Virus record (IMG/VR): IMGVR_UViG_3300037479_000143
Location: 1 to 43,133 of that record
Length of the DNA: 43,133 bases
From: a virus
Lineage: Duplodnaviria; Caudoviricetes
Direction: 5' to 3' (one strand)
Below are positions 8,949 to 16,242 of this stretch, one piece after another. How positions within the stretch are numbered: the first letter of the stretch is position 1; every line of letters starts with the position of its first letter. The notes under the pieces are model-generated. The model was not told the origin of the DNA and searched no databases. It saw only the letters and a list, made by a program, of their open reading frames with translations. The translations under genes and the position numbers were made by a program.

Positions 8949-11080
8949 TTAGTCCTTTGGTTTGGTTGTTTTCCGTCCTTTGGTTTGGCTTTCAGCTCCT
9001 CGGTCGTCGGCAGGGCTTCCGGCACTGGAATGTAACGCCGCGGGTAACTGCCCGGCGTGCGGGTGGGACTCCACGGGCTGCTTTCCACGAATTGCCGCGC
9101 GTTGGTCAGGTAGTAGAGGTATTTGCTGCCCACATCCCCGTCGCCGTTGCGCTGGCCGAGCAAATGCAACTCGCCATCGTGCCAGCCCTTGACCACGGAC
9201 AGCTCTTTCTTCGTGTTGGCGATGTCAGCCTGCCGATCCGCCTCCAACCCGGCTTCCGCCAGCGGCGGCATATCCTCCAGGGCCTTCAGATCCCGCTCCA
9301 GTTGCGTCCATTTCATCGCCTTTTTCGCGTTGCGCTGCACGACGCAGACGTTGTGCGCGATGTCGGCCGTCTCTTTCGGCCCGGCGATGTCCTGTTTGCC
9401 CGGCGGCTTGGTTTCATCGTCCTTTTTCCGCGAGTGCGCCACCAGATGGACATGGACTTGATGGCGTTTGGCGAAGTTGGAGAGCGCGTTGACGAAGAGT
9501 TCGACCTGCTGATACTCGGTCTCCGAGCGCCCGACGCACATCATCAGGCTGTCCACCACGAATTGCTCGCAGCCGTAGCGTTGACGGGCATAGACGAAGC
9601 ACTCGACGAGCTTGCGCCAGTCCGCCCGCCCGACACCGGTGCCCGTTTCCGGCAGGAAGACCAGAACTCGCTCGGCCAACCACGAAAAACGCTCCCGGAA
9701 CCGCGCCTCACCAATCCTTTCGCGATCCACGTCCGGGATTCCCTGGCCTTCCTCCCAGCTCCAAGGCATCCGCCCGCCGTTGGCCTGGCACCAGTAGGTT
9801 TCCAAGGTCTTATCCGGCTCGACTTCCATCGAGGCCACACAGATACGCTGGCCTTCATTGGCTAAATGCACCATCAGATGGCTCAGGAGCACGGTTTTGC
9901 CGTGCTTGCTGAACCCCGTCCAGACGGTCATCTCGCCCGGACGGATTTTCCACGGCAGCATCCACGGCAAGTCCAAGCCCGGCTCGACACCACCGGGAGG
10001 AAACAGGCGCCGAAACACTTTGTCTTCAAATTCCGACGCCCAAACCAGGTTCGCCGGGTCCAGCGTGGCCGCCTGGTCGAAGGCTTGCGCAATCTCCTCG
10101 CGCGGCACGCCCGCGCACAGGCAATCGTTGGCGTCCTTCAGACCGCGCGGCGTGGTCACGATGTAACACCGCTCTAGTCCGATGCGCTGCGCAATGTCGC
10201 GCGCGGCCTTTTGGCCAGGTTCATCGGCATCGAGCCAGAGGTAAATCCGCTCGAAGTTGGCCAACCATTCGTAATCGGCCTCGATCCACTGGTCGTTGGC
10301 GCTCTTGCCGTCCGCTCCGGCGGCTTTTGCTCCCCGGGGAACGCTGACACCGTGCCAACCATAGGTCGCCACGCTCATGGCGTCGATTTCGCCCTCGGTG
10401 ATGACGAGCACTCCCTTGGGGTAAAGCCCGGCCGCACCAAACGGCAGGGCCGCGCGCTTGCCAAACAGCGAGTCAGTGACGCCGGCGGGCTGGGTCCAGA
10501 TTTCCTTCTTGCCCCCGTCGCGCGCGAGCTTGAGAAACTTGACCATGTAGGCGCTCTCCGCCAGTCGGGTGTCGCCTTCCTCGCCCTCGACGGCGAAGAA
10601 CGGAAAGGCCACGGCGCCACCGTCCGCGCTCTCCGCCACTAGGTAGGCCACCACGATGCCCAGGTCGAGCTTCCGCTCCTCCATCAAGTAGGCCGCCACC
10701 GCGCCGCCAGGCTTGAGCACCCGGAGCTTGCCGCGGTCCACGTTGGCCGATGGCTTGGGCGCTTGCTCGCGGTAGAATCGCTTGCCGTAGTCGTCGCTGA
10801 TGCCCAGGAAGCCGCGCGCTTCTTTGCACGCACGAGCGTAATCACCACCCAACACCTCGGCCCACAAGCCCAGCAGGGTGCGGCTCTTGGCGCCGGTCGC
10901 GAAGTCCTGCCAATGTCCTTTCTTGGCCCCGCCCAGGTGAACCTTCAACGAGTCGCCAGCCTCGCCCCCCAGTCCGCCGACACAAAACTCGGCGCGAACC
11001 CGCCGGCCATTCGGGAAAAGGTGCTTGAGGACGACTTCGATTTGATCGCACAGCCGCTGGTTGAGTTCGTGGGCGTTCAT
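8945..11080 (-). CDS. Bifunctional TOPRIM primase / SF4 helicase (T7 gp4/Twinkle-like)
   Basis: ITEGEIDAMS, LDADEPG, KDAND (TOPRIM); Walker A TGFSKHGKT, SME, VVDSLM, LVAHSRK (SF4 helicase). Confidence 0.92.
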   Translation of the reverse strand: MNAHELNQRLCDQIEVVLKHLFPNGRRVRAEFCVGGLGGEAGDSLKVHLGGAKKGHWQDFATGAKSRTLLGLWAEVLGGDYARACKEARGFLGISDDYGKRFYREQAPKPSANVDRGKLRVLKPGGAVAAYLMEERKLDLGIVVAYLVAESADGGAVAFPFFAVEGEEGDTRLAESAYMVKFLKLARDGGKKEIWTQPAGVTDSLFGKRAALPFGAAGLYPKGVLVITEGEIDAMSVATYGWHGVSVPRGAKAAGADGKSANDQWIEADYEWLANFERIYLWLDADEPGQKAARDIAQRIGLERCYIVTTPRGLKDANDCLCAGVPREEIAQAFDQAATLDPANLVWASEFEDKVFRRLFPPGGVEPGLDLPWMLPWKIRPGEMTVWTGFSKHGKTVLLSHLMVHLANEGQRICVASMEVEPDKTLETYWCQANGGRMPWSWEEGQGIPDVDRERIGEARFRERFSWLAERVLVFLPETGTGVGRADWRKLVECFVYARQRYGCEQFVVDSLMMCVGRSETEYQQVELFVNALSNFAKRHQVHVHLVAHSRKKDDETKPPGKQDIAGPKETADIAHNVCVVQRNAKKAMKWTQLERDLKALEDMPPLAEAGLEADRQADIANTKKELSVVKGWHDGELHLLGQRNGDGDVGSKYLYYLTNARQFVESSPWSPTRTPGSYPRRYIPVPEALPTTEELKAKPKDGKQPNQRTK

Positions 11081-12039
11081 TGGGCGGCGGCGGTTTTCTG
11101 TTTTTCCACCAAATCTTCACGCTCGCGCTGAAGCCTACGGGCGCGGATCGCTTCGTGGGGCGGCGGCGGATCGCCGATGGCCTTCAGCTCGGCTTCGATG
11201 TGGCGGAGTCGCGCGTTGACGGCGGACGTGTTGACCGCTGGCTGCCACTGGGCCGGCAAGGGCTGGTTTCTCGCACCGAAGTACTGCATGAACTTGGCCG
11301 GATCGAACAAAGTCATCGGCCGAAGATACTTCGCCATTCTCGCGTCCCCCGCCCACAAGGCGCACTGCCGGTCGATGGTCTGGAGCACCGCCGCCAGGTC
11401 GCCGCGCGCAAAGTGAAGGCACAGCGCGACGTTGTAAATGTCACCAGGGTTGCTCCGAAAGTCGCTGCCGATTTTCTCATTCAAATGAACCAATACCTTC
11501 TCAGCAGAGACAAAATCCAACTCGGAATTCTGCGCCAGAGACGAAGAGAGGTCAGAGGCAGAGAGGTCAGAGATCAGAGGCAGAGTACAGTGGGATTGAG
11601 CAAGTGCTTGAGCATTTGCTTGAGTAAGTCCTTGAGCATTTGCTTGAGCAACTGCTTGAGCAAATTGCCGTGCGGTCTTCCTGCCGCCGGAGGCGCCAGA
11701 CTTGGCCCGTAGGTCGCGGCGCTGCTTCATGTCCACCAGCCACGGACAGAACAACACGCCGTCCGGTGTCTGCGCAAAGACCCCTTCGGACAGAAGCTCG
11801 GCGCGCAGGACCGCGTATTGGCGGGGATTGCAATTGGCCATCCGCGCGAGCTTGGTGTCAGGGATAGGACGGCCTTCACTCAGCGCCAAGTAGCCGTAGG
11901 GTTCGCCGTAGCTGTGGGCGTGGCACAGTAGATTGATGGCAACCCCGGTCGCGCCAGGCGAACAGGAGCGGGTCAGCGCCAGCCAAGTGTCAGGCCAAAA
12001 TTTCATCCAGAGCAGCCGCGTGTTTTTGTTGGCGTCCAT
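11077..12039 (-). CDS. Replication initiator / replisome organiser (DUF1376-like N-terminus, conserved phage C-terminal domain)
   Basis: N-terminal WMKFWPDTWL..T..CS; central SGASGG followed by a repeat linker; C-terminal YLRPMTLFDPAKFMQY. Lies directly upstream of the primase-helicase. Confidence 0.8.
   Translation of the reverse strand: MDANKNTRLLWMKFWPDTWLALTRSCSPGATGVAINLLCHAHSYGEPYGYLALSEGRPIPDTKLARMANCNPRQYAVLRAELLSEGVFAQTPDGVLFCPWLVDMKQRRDLRAKSGASGGRKTARQFAQAVAQANAQGLTQANAQALAQSHCTLPLISDLSASDLSSSLAQNSELDFVSAEKVLVHLNEKIGSDFRSNPGDIYNVALCLHFARGDLAAVLQTIDRQCALWAGDARMAKYLRPMTLFDPAKFMQYFGARNQPLPAQWQPAVNTSAVNARLRHIEAELKAIGDPPPPHEAIRARRLQREREDLVEKQKTAAAQ
11596..11667. repeat. Six tandem 12-bp iteron-like repeats (TTGAGCANNTGC), candidate replication origin
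   Basis: TTGAGCAAGTGC / TTGAGCATTTGC / TTGAGTAAGTCC / TTGAGCATTTGC / TTGAGCAACTGC / TTGAGCAAATTG inside the initiator gene, next to a CAGAG-repeat tract at about 11546-11585. Confidence 0.8.
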
Positions 12040-12042
12040 TCA

Positions 12043-12516
12043 TCAGTATTTGCCGGGGAAGCGAGGACAGTGCCCCACCAGCTCGTAGAGATCCCCGCCC
12101 ACATGCCGGGCGCGCACTTCCATGCCCGGCCTGAAGTTGTCCTTGGTCTTGACCCTTACGCGCACCAGTCGCGGCGCACCGGAGGCGACGAAGCCATCCT
12201 GCGCGAGCAGAATGTGAGGGTTGAGCGTGCGCATTGGATACACCTTGAACGTCACCACGGGCGGCACCGGCGGCCTTGGATGCCCCAGCCAGGGCAAATC
12301 CTCCTCCCGCAATCCAGCCACGGCCAGCGCCGTTTTTTTGACGGCGCTGGCCGTGTAATGAACCTGCCGCTTGATCCGCTCCCAATCCTTACCCTCGACC
12401 AACTCCAATCCTCGCCACTTCACCAATTGCGCCACCGGACACCCGAAGCGCGCGGCGAGATCCGCCTCCAGCCACTCGAAACCCTTTTGGGTTTCAAAAT
12501 TTTTGAGCGTGTCCAT
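12043..12516 (-). CDS. Hypothetical phage protein
   Basis: 157-aa ORF packed tightly between the terS-like and initiator genes, with genome-typical codon usage. Confidence 0.7.
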   Translation of the reverse strand: MDTLKNFETQKGFEWLEADLAARFGCPVAQLVKWRGLELVEGKDWERIKRQVHYTASAVKKTALAVAGLREEDLPWLGHPRPPVPPVVTFKVYPMRTLNPHILLAQDGFVASGAPRLVRVRVKTKDNFRPGMEVRARHVGGDLYELVGHCPRFPGKY

Positions 12517-12564
12517 CTGTGTCCTGAAAGCGTTTTCGTGTCAGATTTTCCGAGCCTCAACCCA

Positions 12565-13269
12565 TCAAGACGCCGGGTCCGCCGTTTGAAACCGCTCCCC
12601 CCCCCCCACTTTCGAGCCAGGGGTCGGGCTGGCTTGCCGCGCGGCGGGCGCCGTTGGCGACGATGGTGGCGACGATGGCGGAATTACAACATCGGGCACA
12701 GCAGGCAGGGGCATCAGCCCTTTTTGTGGACGAGTCGGCCCAAGTGCGCCTGATTCAGAATCAGGTGCCAATTCCACGTCGATCACCGGCGCTTGAAGCG
12801 CGGCGAACATCGCCCGCAGCTTCCACTGGTCCAGTTCCAGTTCATGGCGCACCGTGATTGGCTGCTGATGACCCTCCCAAGCGAGGCTTTTGTCGATGAG
12901 TATGCCGGTCGCAACCGGTATTTGCCCGGCGGTAATTTCTCCATTGGCTAAACCATCCTCGAACCGTTCGAGCGCCAAGCGGACGAGCCGTCGCAGCTTG
13001 CGGCCAGTGTCTTGTTTCTCTGTGGCTACCAAGGCCGCGTCGCGCTCCCGGATCACCTGCACGACATGGTGACTGACGCCGAAAGCGCGGCAAATCTGTC
13101 GGACTCCCAGACCTTCACCGAGAGCTTGGACAATCGCTTGGTAGCGCGACTGATTGCGCGCCACGACGGCGCCGGTGAATCGACGCTGCTGCTCCTCCTC
13201 CGGCAATAAAAGCTCGCGGCCGACAGGCAACTGCGATTCATCAAACAGGGGTGGCTGCTCCAGGGTCAT
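12565..13269 (-). CDS. Putative terminase small subunit (N-terminal HTH)
   Basis: IVQALGEGLGVRQICRAFGVSHHVV (HTH), helical middle with ATGILIDK, disordered tail; ATGA overlap with the upstream gene. Confidence 0.55.
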   Translation of the reverse strand: MTLEQPPLFDESQLPVGRELLLPEEEQQRRFTGAVVARNQSRYQAIVQALGEGLGVRQICRAFGVSHHVVQVIRERDAALVATEKQDTGRKLRRLVRLALERFEDGLANGEITAGQIPVATGILIDKSLAWEGHQQPITVRHELELDQWKLRAMFAALQAPVIDVELAPDSESGALGPTRPQKGLMPLPAVPDVVIPPSSPPSSPTAPAARQASPTPGSKVGGGERFQTADPAS

Positions 13270-13493
13270 CGGCAAACTTCGTCCGGCAGCGGCAAAATCT
13301 TCTCCTTCGACGCCGGCGCCATACGCGTCCTGTCCTCGTAGGCAATGAGGGATTCCAGGCTGATGGTCACGTCGTTCGACCCGTGCTTGAACGCCTCGAA
13401 CGATCCATCCGCGATGCGCAAAAAAACCCAGCGGCGCGAATGCCCCAGCCGCTTGGCGACATCAGCGACCCGCAGATGCGTGCGCGGCGTCAT
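13266..13493 (-). CDS. Excisionase-like HTH protein
   Basis: HLRVADVAKRLGHSRRWVFLRIADGSFEAFK...ISLESLIAY, matching the HTH_17/Xis pattern. Confidence 0.75.
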   Translation of the reverse strand: MTPRTHLRVADVAKRLGHSRRWVFLRIADGSFEAFKHGSNDVTISLESLIAYEDRTRMAPASKEKILPLPDEVCR

Positions 13494-13645
13494 TCGGCAG
13501 CCAAAGCGGCGGCAGCCGCGAGAAGTTTCCACTCGTATCCACCGGGGTTCGCTAGCACCTCGGCCTGTCGGTCATGTGGTAGTCTCATCAGCAACCGGTT
13601 CCATTCCTCCCAGAATCGGGTTGTGAAGAAGTCCGTGAAGTCCAT
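13490..13645 (-). CDS. Small protein not in the ORF track (51 aa, MDFTDFFTTRFWEEWNRLLMRLPHDRQAEVLANPGGYEWKLLAAAAALAAE)
   Basis: AAGGA upstream of the ATG; its stop overlaps the ATG of the xis-like gene (ATGA). Confidence 0.55.
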   Translation of the reverse strand: MDFTDFFTTRFWEEWNRLLMRLPHDRQAEVLANPGGYEWKLLAAAAALAAE

Positions 13646-13857
13646 TGTTCGTCCTTTTGGTTTTGCTCCTCCTGGTCCAAGAGGAGATAAAATGCCTCGC
13701 GACCGAGGTCCGACATTGAGAGTCGGTGCCCCTTCCTCCTGAACCGCCGCACTAGAAGTTCCTGAAGCTGACTACGCAGCTCAGGTGACACACACACATT
13801 GATATTCGAGGTCCGCTTCTCGACGATCACATCCTGCGATTGCACACCGCGCTTCAT
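13588..13857 (-). CDS. Ribbon-helix-helix (Arc/CopG-like) regulator candidate
   Basis: Alternating strand TSNINVCVS, helix PELRSQLQELL, helix SMSDLGREAFYLLL. First gene of the main leftward operon. Start uncertain. Confidence 0.65.
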   Translation of the reverse strand: MKRGVQSQDVIVEKRTSNINVCVSPELRSQLQELLVRRFRRKGHRLSMSDLGREAFYLLLDQEEQNQKDEQWTSRTSSQPDSGRNGTGC

Positions 13858-13866
13858 GCTCGAAGC

Positions 13867-13888
13867 CCGATCACCGATCAACCGATCA
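13867..13888. promoter_or_regulatory. Three CCGATCA heptads (three GATC sites) just upstream of the RHH gene, candidate operator
   Basis: CCGATCA at 13867, 13874 and 13882. Confidence 0.5.
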
Positions 13889-13971
13889 TCACTGAAAGAA
13901 CATTTCAGCATCGAAAGCTTGACATTCGGAGCGTTGCTCACATCTGCACTCATAGCACCGGCCATGCCGAA

Positions 13972-14096
13972 TGCCTTGCACGGCCAGGCAAGGCACTGCA
14001 AATGCCCCTACGCGCGCCGCGCAAGTAGCGTTTTCGGAGGCGGAGGCGGTTCAGCAATTTGCGGCTTGACTTGCAAGGCAGTGCCTTGCCATGCAA
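13972..14096. promoter_or_regulatory. Operator-like palindromes and 5-bp-periodic arrays in the divergent control region
   Basis: TGCCTTGC-N8-GCAAGGCA (13972-13995) and GCAAGGCA-G-TGCCTTGC (14073-14089), the latter next to TTGACT at 14066. Confidence 0.6.
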
Positions 14097-14104
14097 AGGA
14101 CAGC

Positions 14105-14353
14105 ATGAAACCTACAAACCTCCTGCTCGATCTCGAAGACAGCGGCGATCTTCGCCACTACGTCGCCGGGCGTGAAGTTCACTGCGGAGACTTCCTGGAA
14201 ATGCAACTCGGTGGCGAGCGCGGCCCGTGGGTCATGGTCCGCTACGAAGCCAACTTCGACCGCGCGAAGAAACAGATCCAAGTCTGTCTATACGCCGTCG
14301 GCGCCAGGCTTTACCCTGACGCCGACGCGATCTTCCGCTGGCCCGAGCACTAA
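14105..14353 (+). CDS. DUF5348-like small protein
   Basis: AAGGA Shine-Dalgarno at 14096; RHYVAGREVHCGDFLEMQL...WVMVRYE resembles the HCG..LE...W...R.E pattern. Confidence 0.7.
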   Translation: MKPTNLLLDLEDSGDLRHYVAGREVHCGDFLEMQLGGERGPWVMVRYEANFDRAKKQIQVCLYAVGARLYPDADAIFRWPEH

Positions 14354-15606
14354 CCCTGCTGCCCCACGACCAAAGGCAGCACGATTGACACGTCCTTGAC
14401 GCTCTTCAGGCCGACGTAATGAGCCTGCGTCGTCCGCTGGTCACTGTGCCCGGCGACCGCCTGCGCGGTATCGAGACCGTAGGTATCGCGGACCAAGCCC
14501 AGCGCCAATGCCCGCATCTCGTGAAGCGTGTGGTTAGTCGTCCAGCCCTGGAGCCGCATCCAGTTGTTCAAACGCTTGAACACGTTCTGCGCCCGCAGCC
14601 GGCAGTGCGGTCCACCCCGCCCAAGGCGCGGCGACGGCAACACGAACTGCTCCTCCTCCAGATCCAACCCGACACACCGCTGGACTTTGTAATCCTGCAA
14701 CTCCTGAATCACCCGAGGATCGACCGGGACCGTGCGCGCCGCGCCGCTCTTGGTTTCGTGAGCCGGCAGCAGCAGGTAATGACGCCCCGCGTGCTCGACG
14801 ATCCATGACCACTTGGCCCTGGCGATCTCTCCGCGCCGCAAGCTGCACATCCCGAGCAGCAGCGCAACATACGCCGGCCGATCCTCCAGCCGGAGCTTCT
14901 GCGCCGCCTCAAAGGTGCGGGCGAGCAACTTGTCATCCGGCGCCTGCCGGACGAGCTTGGCCGCACGCTCAACCTGTCGCGTCATGAAGCCCGACACATC
15001 CGCCAGCTTGATGCCCTTCTCAGCGTAGCGAGGTACCGCCGTTGCTTTGAAAATCGAACGCGCGTGCCGGAGATAAGACTCGACCGAACGCTTGTTCGCC
15101 TCCAAGTCGCGGCCTTGCGCCACGGCCTGGCGAGCCATCCAATCCTCGAAGTCGGCGACGAGCTTCCCCGTCAGGACCGAGGACGGCAGCATGTTAACCG
15201 CCTCATCCGTCATCCCGTCGTTGCCCAGCCCGCGCCGCACGACGAGCCTGAAACCGTTGAGATTGTTGCGCACTGTGAGCGGCGATGTCCGGCCAACGCA
15301 CAGTTCCTGGTAGCAAGCGAGCACTGAGCCGATCCTGGCGCAGTCATCGCGCAGCTTGTTCTCTTGCAACGCCGCCCAGTTGCCGGCCTTGGCCGGCTTG
15401 ATGAACTGCGCGATGGCGCGCTGCTCGGCGGCGGCGGCGATGTTGGTGTCCAGGGAGCGCACGATCCGCTTGCCAGCGTGCACGCACTGAATCCACCAGG
15501 CTCCGTCTCGCGAATGATTACGCTTAATCAGCGTGTAACGGTGTCCTTCAAACTTGAAGCGGTAGGTCCAGGTGTTTGCGTCGAGACCGAGTTTATGCGG
15601 AGTCAT
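14350..15606 (-). CDS. int: Tyrosine integrase
   Basis: LRRGEI (R), ETKSG (K), LHEMRAL (HxxR), AGHSD and HY catalytic residues; N-terminal arm-binding-like region; adjacent to attP. Confidence 0.93.
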   Translation of the reverse strand: MTPHKLGLDANTWTYRFKFEGHRYTLIKRNHSRDGAWWIQCVHAGKRIVRSLDTNIAAAAEQRAIAQFIKPAKAGNWAALQENKLRDDCARIGSVLACYQELCVGRTSPLTVRNNLNGFRLVVRRGLGNDGMTDEAVNMLPSSVLTGKLVADFEDWMARQAVAQGRDLEANKRSVESYLRHARSIFKATAVPRYAEKGIKLADVSGFMTRQVERAAKLVRQAPDDKLLARTFEAAQKLRLEDRPAYVALLLGMCSLRRGEIARAKWSWIVEHAGRHYLLLPAHETKSGAARTVPVDPRVIQELQDYKVQRCVGLDLEEEQFVLPSPRLGRGGPHCRLRAQNVFKRLNNWMRLQGWTTNHTLHEMRALALGLVRDTYGLDTAQAVAGHSDQRTTQAHYVGLKSVKDVSIVLPLVVGQQG

Positions 15607-15884
15607 ATCGAGTTCGCGGCGATGAATTGTTTCTTGGCCAACTTCCACGACAGCCCATTTTTGCGAGCCGCCCGCTTGGCGGTGGCTTCCTTCTGGCCGT
15701 GCCACAGGGCGGCCATTCGGTATACGTCCGAGAGCGCACAGACGTATTGTGTGCGCTTGCCTTTGAGTCGCAGCCCGATGAGGGCCTCACTCCGACTGCC
15801 CGCCGGGGCGAGCGTTACGATTACGTTGCGCTTGCCGTAGGTCTTGCTCGTCTCGCGTTTCACTGGCTTTGTGAGTTTTGTCAT
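15603..15884 (-). CDS. Small basic protein coupled upstream of integrase (possible recombination directionality factor)
   Basis: 93 aa, K/R-rich; ATGA overlap with int. Confidence 0.7.
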   Translation of the reverse strand: MTKLTKPVKRETSKTYGKRNVIVTLAPAGSRSEALIGLRLKGKRTQYVCALSDVYRMAALWHGQKEATAKRAARKNGLSWKLAKKQFIAANSI

Positions 15885-15908
15885 AATATTTGGGGGTGGG
15901 GTTGACGA

Positions 15909-16194
15909 GTTACAACAACCTCCCCCCTGTTGTAAGTATTGTTGTAACTTTGCACGGTTAAAGCCATACATCGCCTTGCCTTGCAATGCAATCGGAAAAT
16001 CAGGTGTGCTATACGATTGTTGCCAAATATAAGGGGATTAACCGCTTGAATGTTGTAGAAAACTGGCGGAAGGGGTGGGATTTGAACCCACGGTACGGTT
16101 ACCCGCACGCCTGATTTCGAGTCAGGCATACATTCACGAAACCAAGCCAAAAGCGGATCAAAATCATACATGCTGTAACTTTTGTGGTAACTAT
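15909..16194. other. attP with integrase arm-type repeats
   Basis: Tandem 12-mers TGTTGTAAGTAT / TGTTGTAACTTT (15928-15951) and TGCTGTAACTTT / TGTGGTAACTAT (16171-16194) flank the tRNA-derived core; an inverted copy GTTACAACA is at 15909. Confidence 0.85.
16064..16127 (-). tRNA. 3' portion of tRNA-Ser(CGA), forming the attP identity segment (not a complete tRNA)
   Basis: Minus strand GCCTGA-CTCGAAA-TCAGGC anticodon arm, long variable arm, GTGGG-TTCAAAT-CCCAC T arm, CCCTTCC-G-CCA. The D arm and 5' acceptor strand are absent. Confidence 0.92.
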
Positions 16195-16207
16195 TGGCGA
16201 ATCAAAC

Positions 16208-16236
16208 TTGCGGGCGGCGGGCGACGGCGTTAGGCT
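16208..16236 (+). promoter_or_regulatory. Sigma70-type promoter that would give a leaderless mRNA for 16243..16743
   Basis: TTGCGG-N17-TAGGCT, ATG 6 nt downstream, no Shine-Dalgarno. Confidence 0.55.
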
Positions 16237-16242
16237 GGCGCC

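Noticed and set aside
5673-9035. 1120-aa plus-strand ORF
   Set aside because: Antisense shadow of terL, DUF2303 and neighbours. It has no motifs, and long stop-free antisense frames are expected in high-GC coding DNA.
12597-12607. Phase variation via the G11 tract
   Set aside because: The tract is about 10 codons from the stop and the downstream gene is already in the same frame, so slippage would change only the extreme C-terminus.
12748-12767. GCCTGA...TCAGG inverted repeat resembling the attP anticodon arm (similar one at 42969-42983)
   Set aside because: Short, with different spacer lengths and no arm sites nearby; probably chance or ordinary hairpins rather than secondary att sites.
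16064-16127. A second functional phage tRNA (Ser)
   Set aside because: The D arm and 5' acceptor strand are missing; it is better explained as the attP identity segment.
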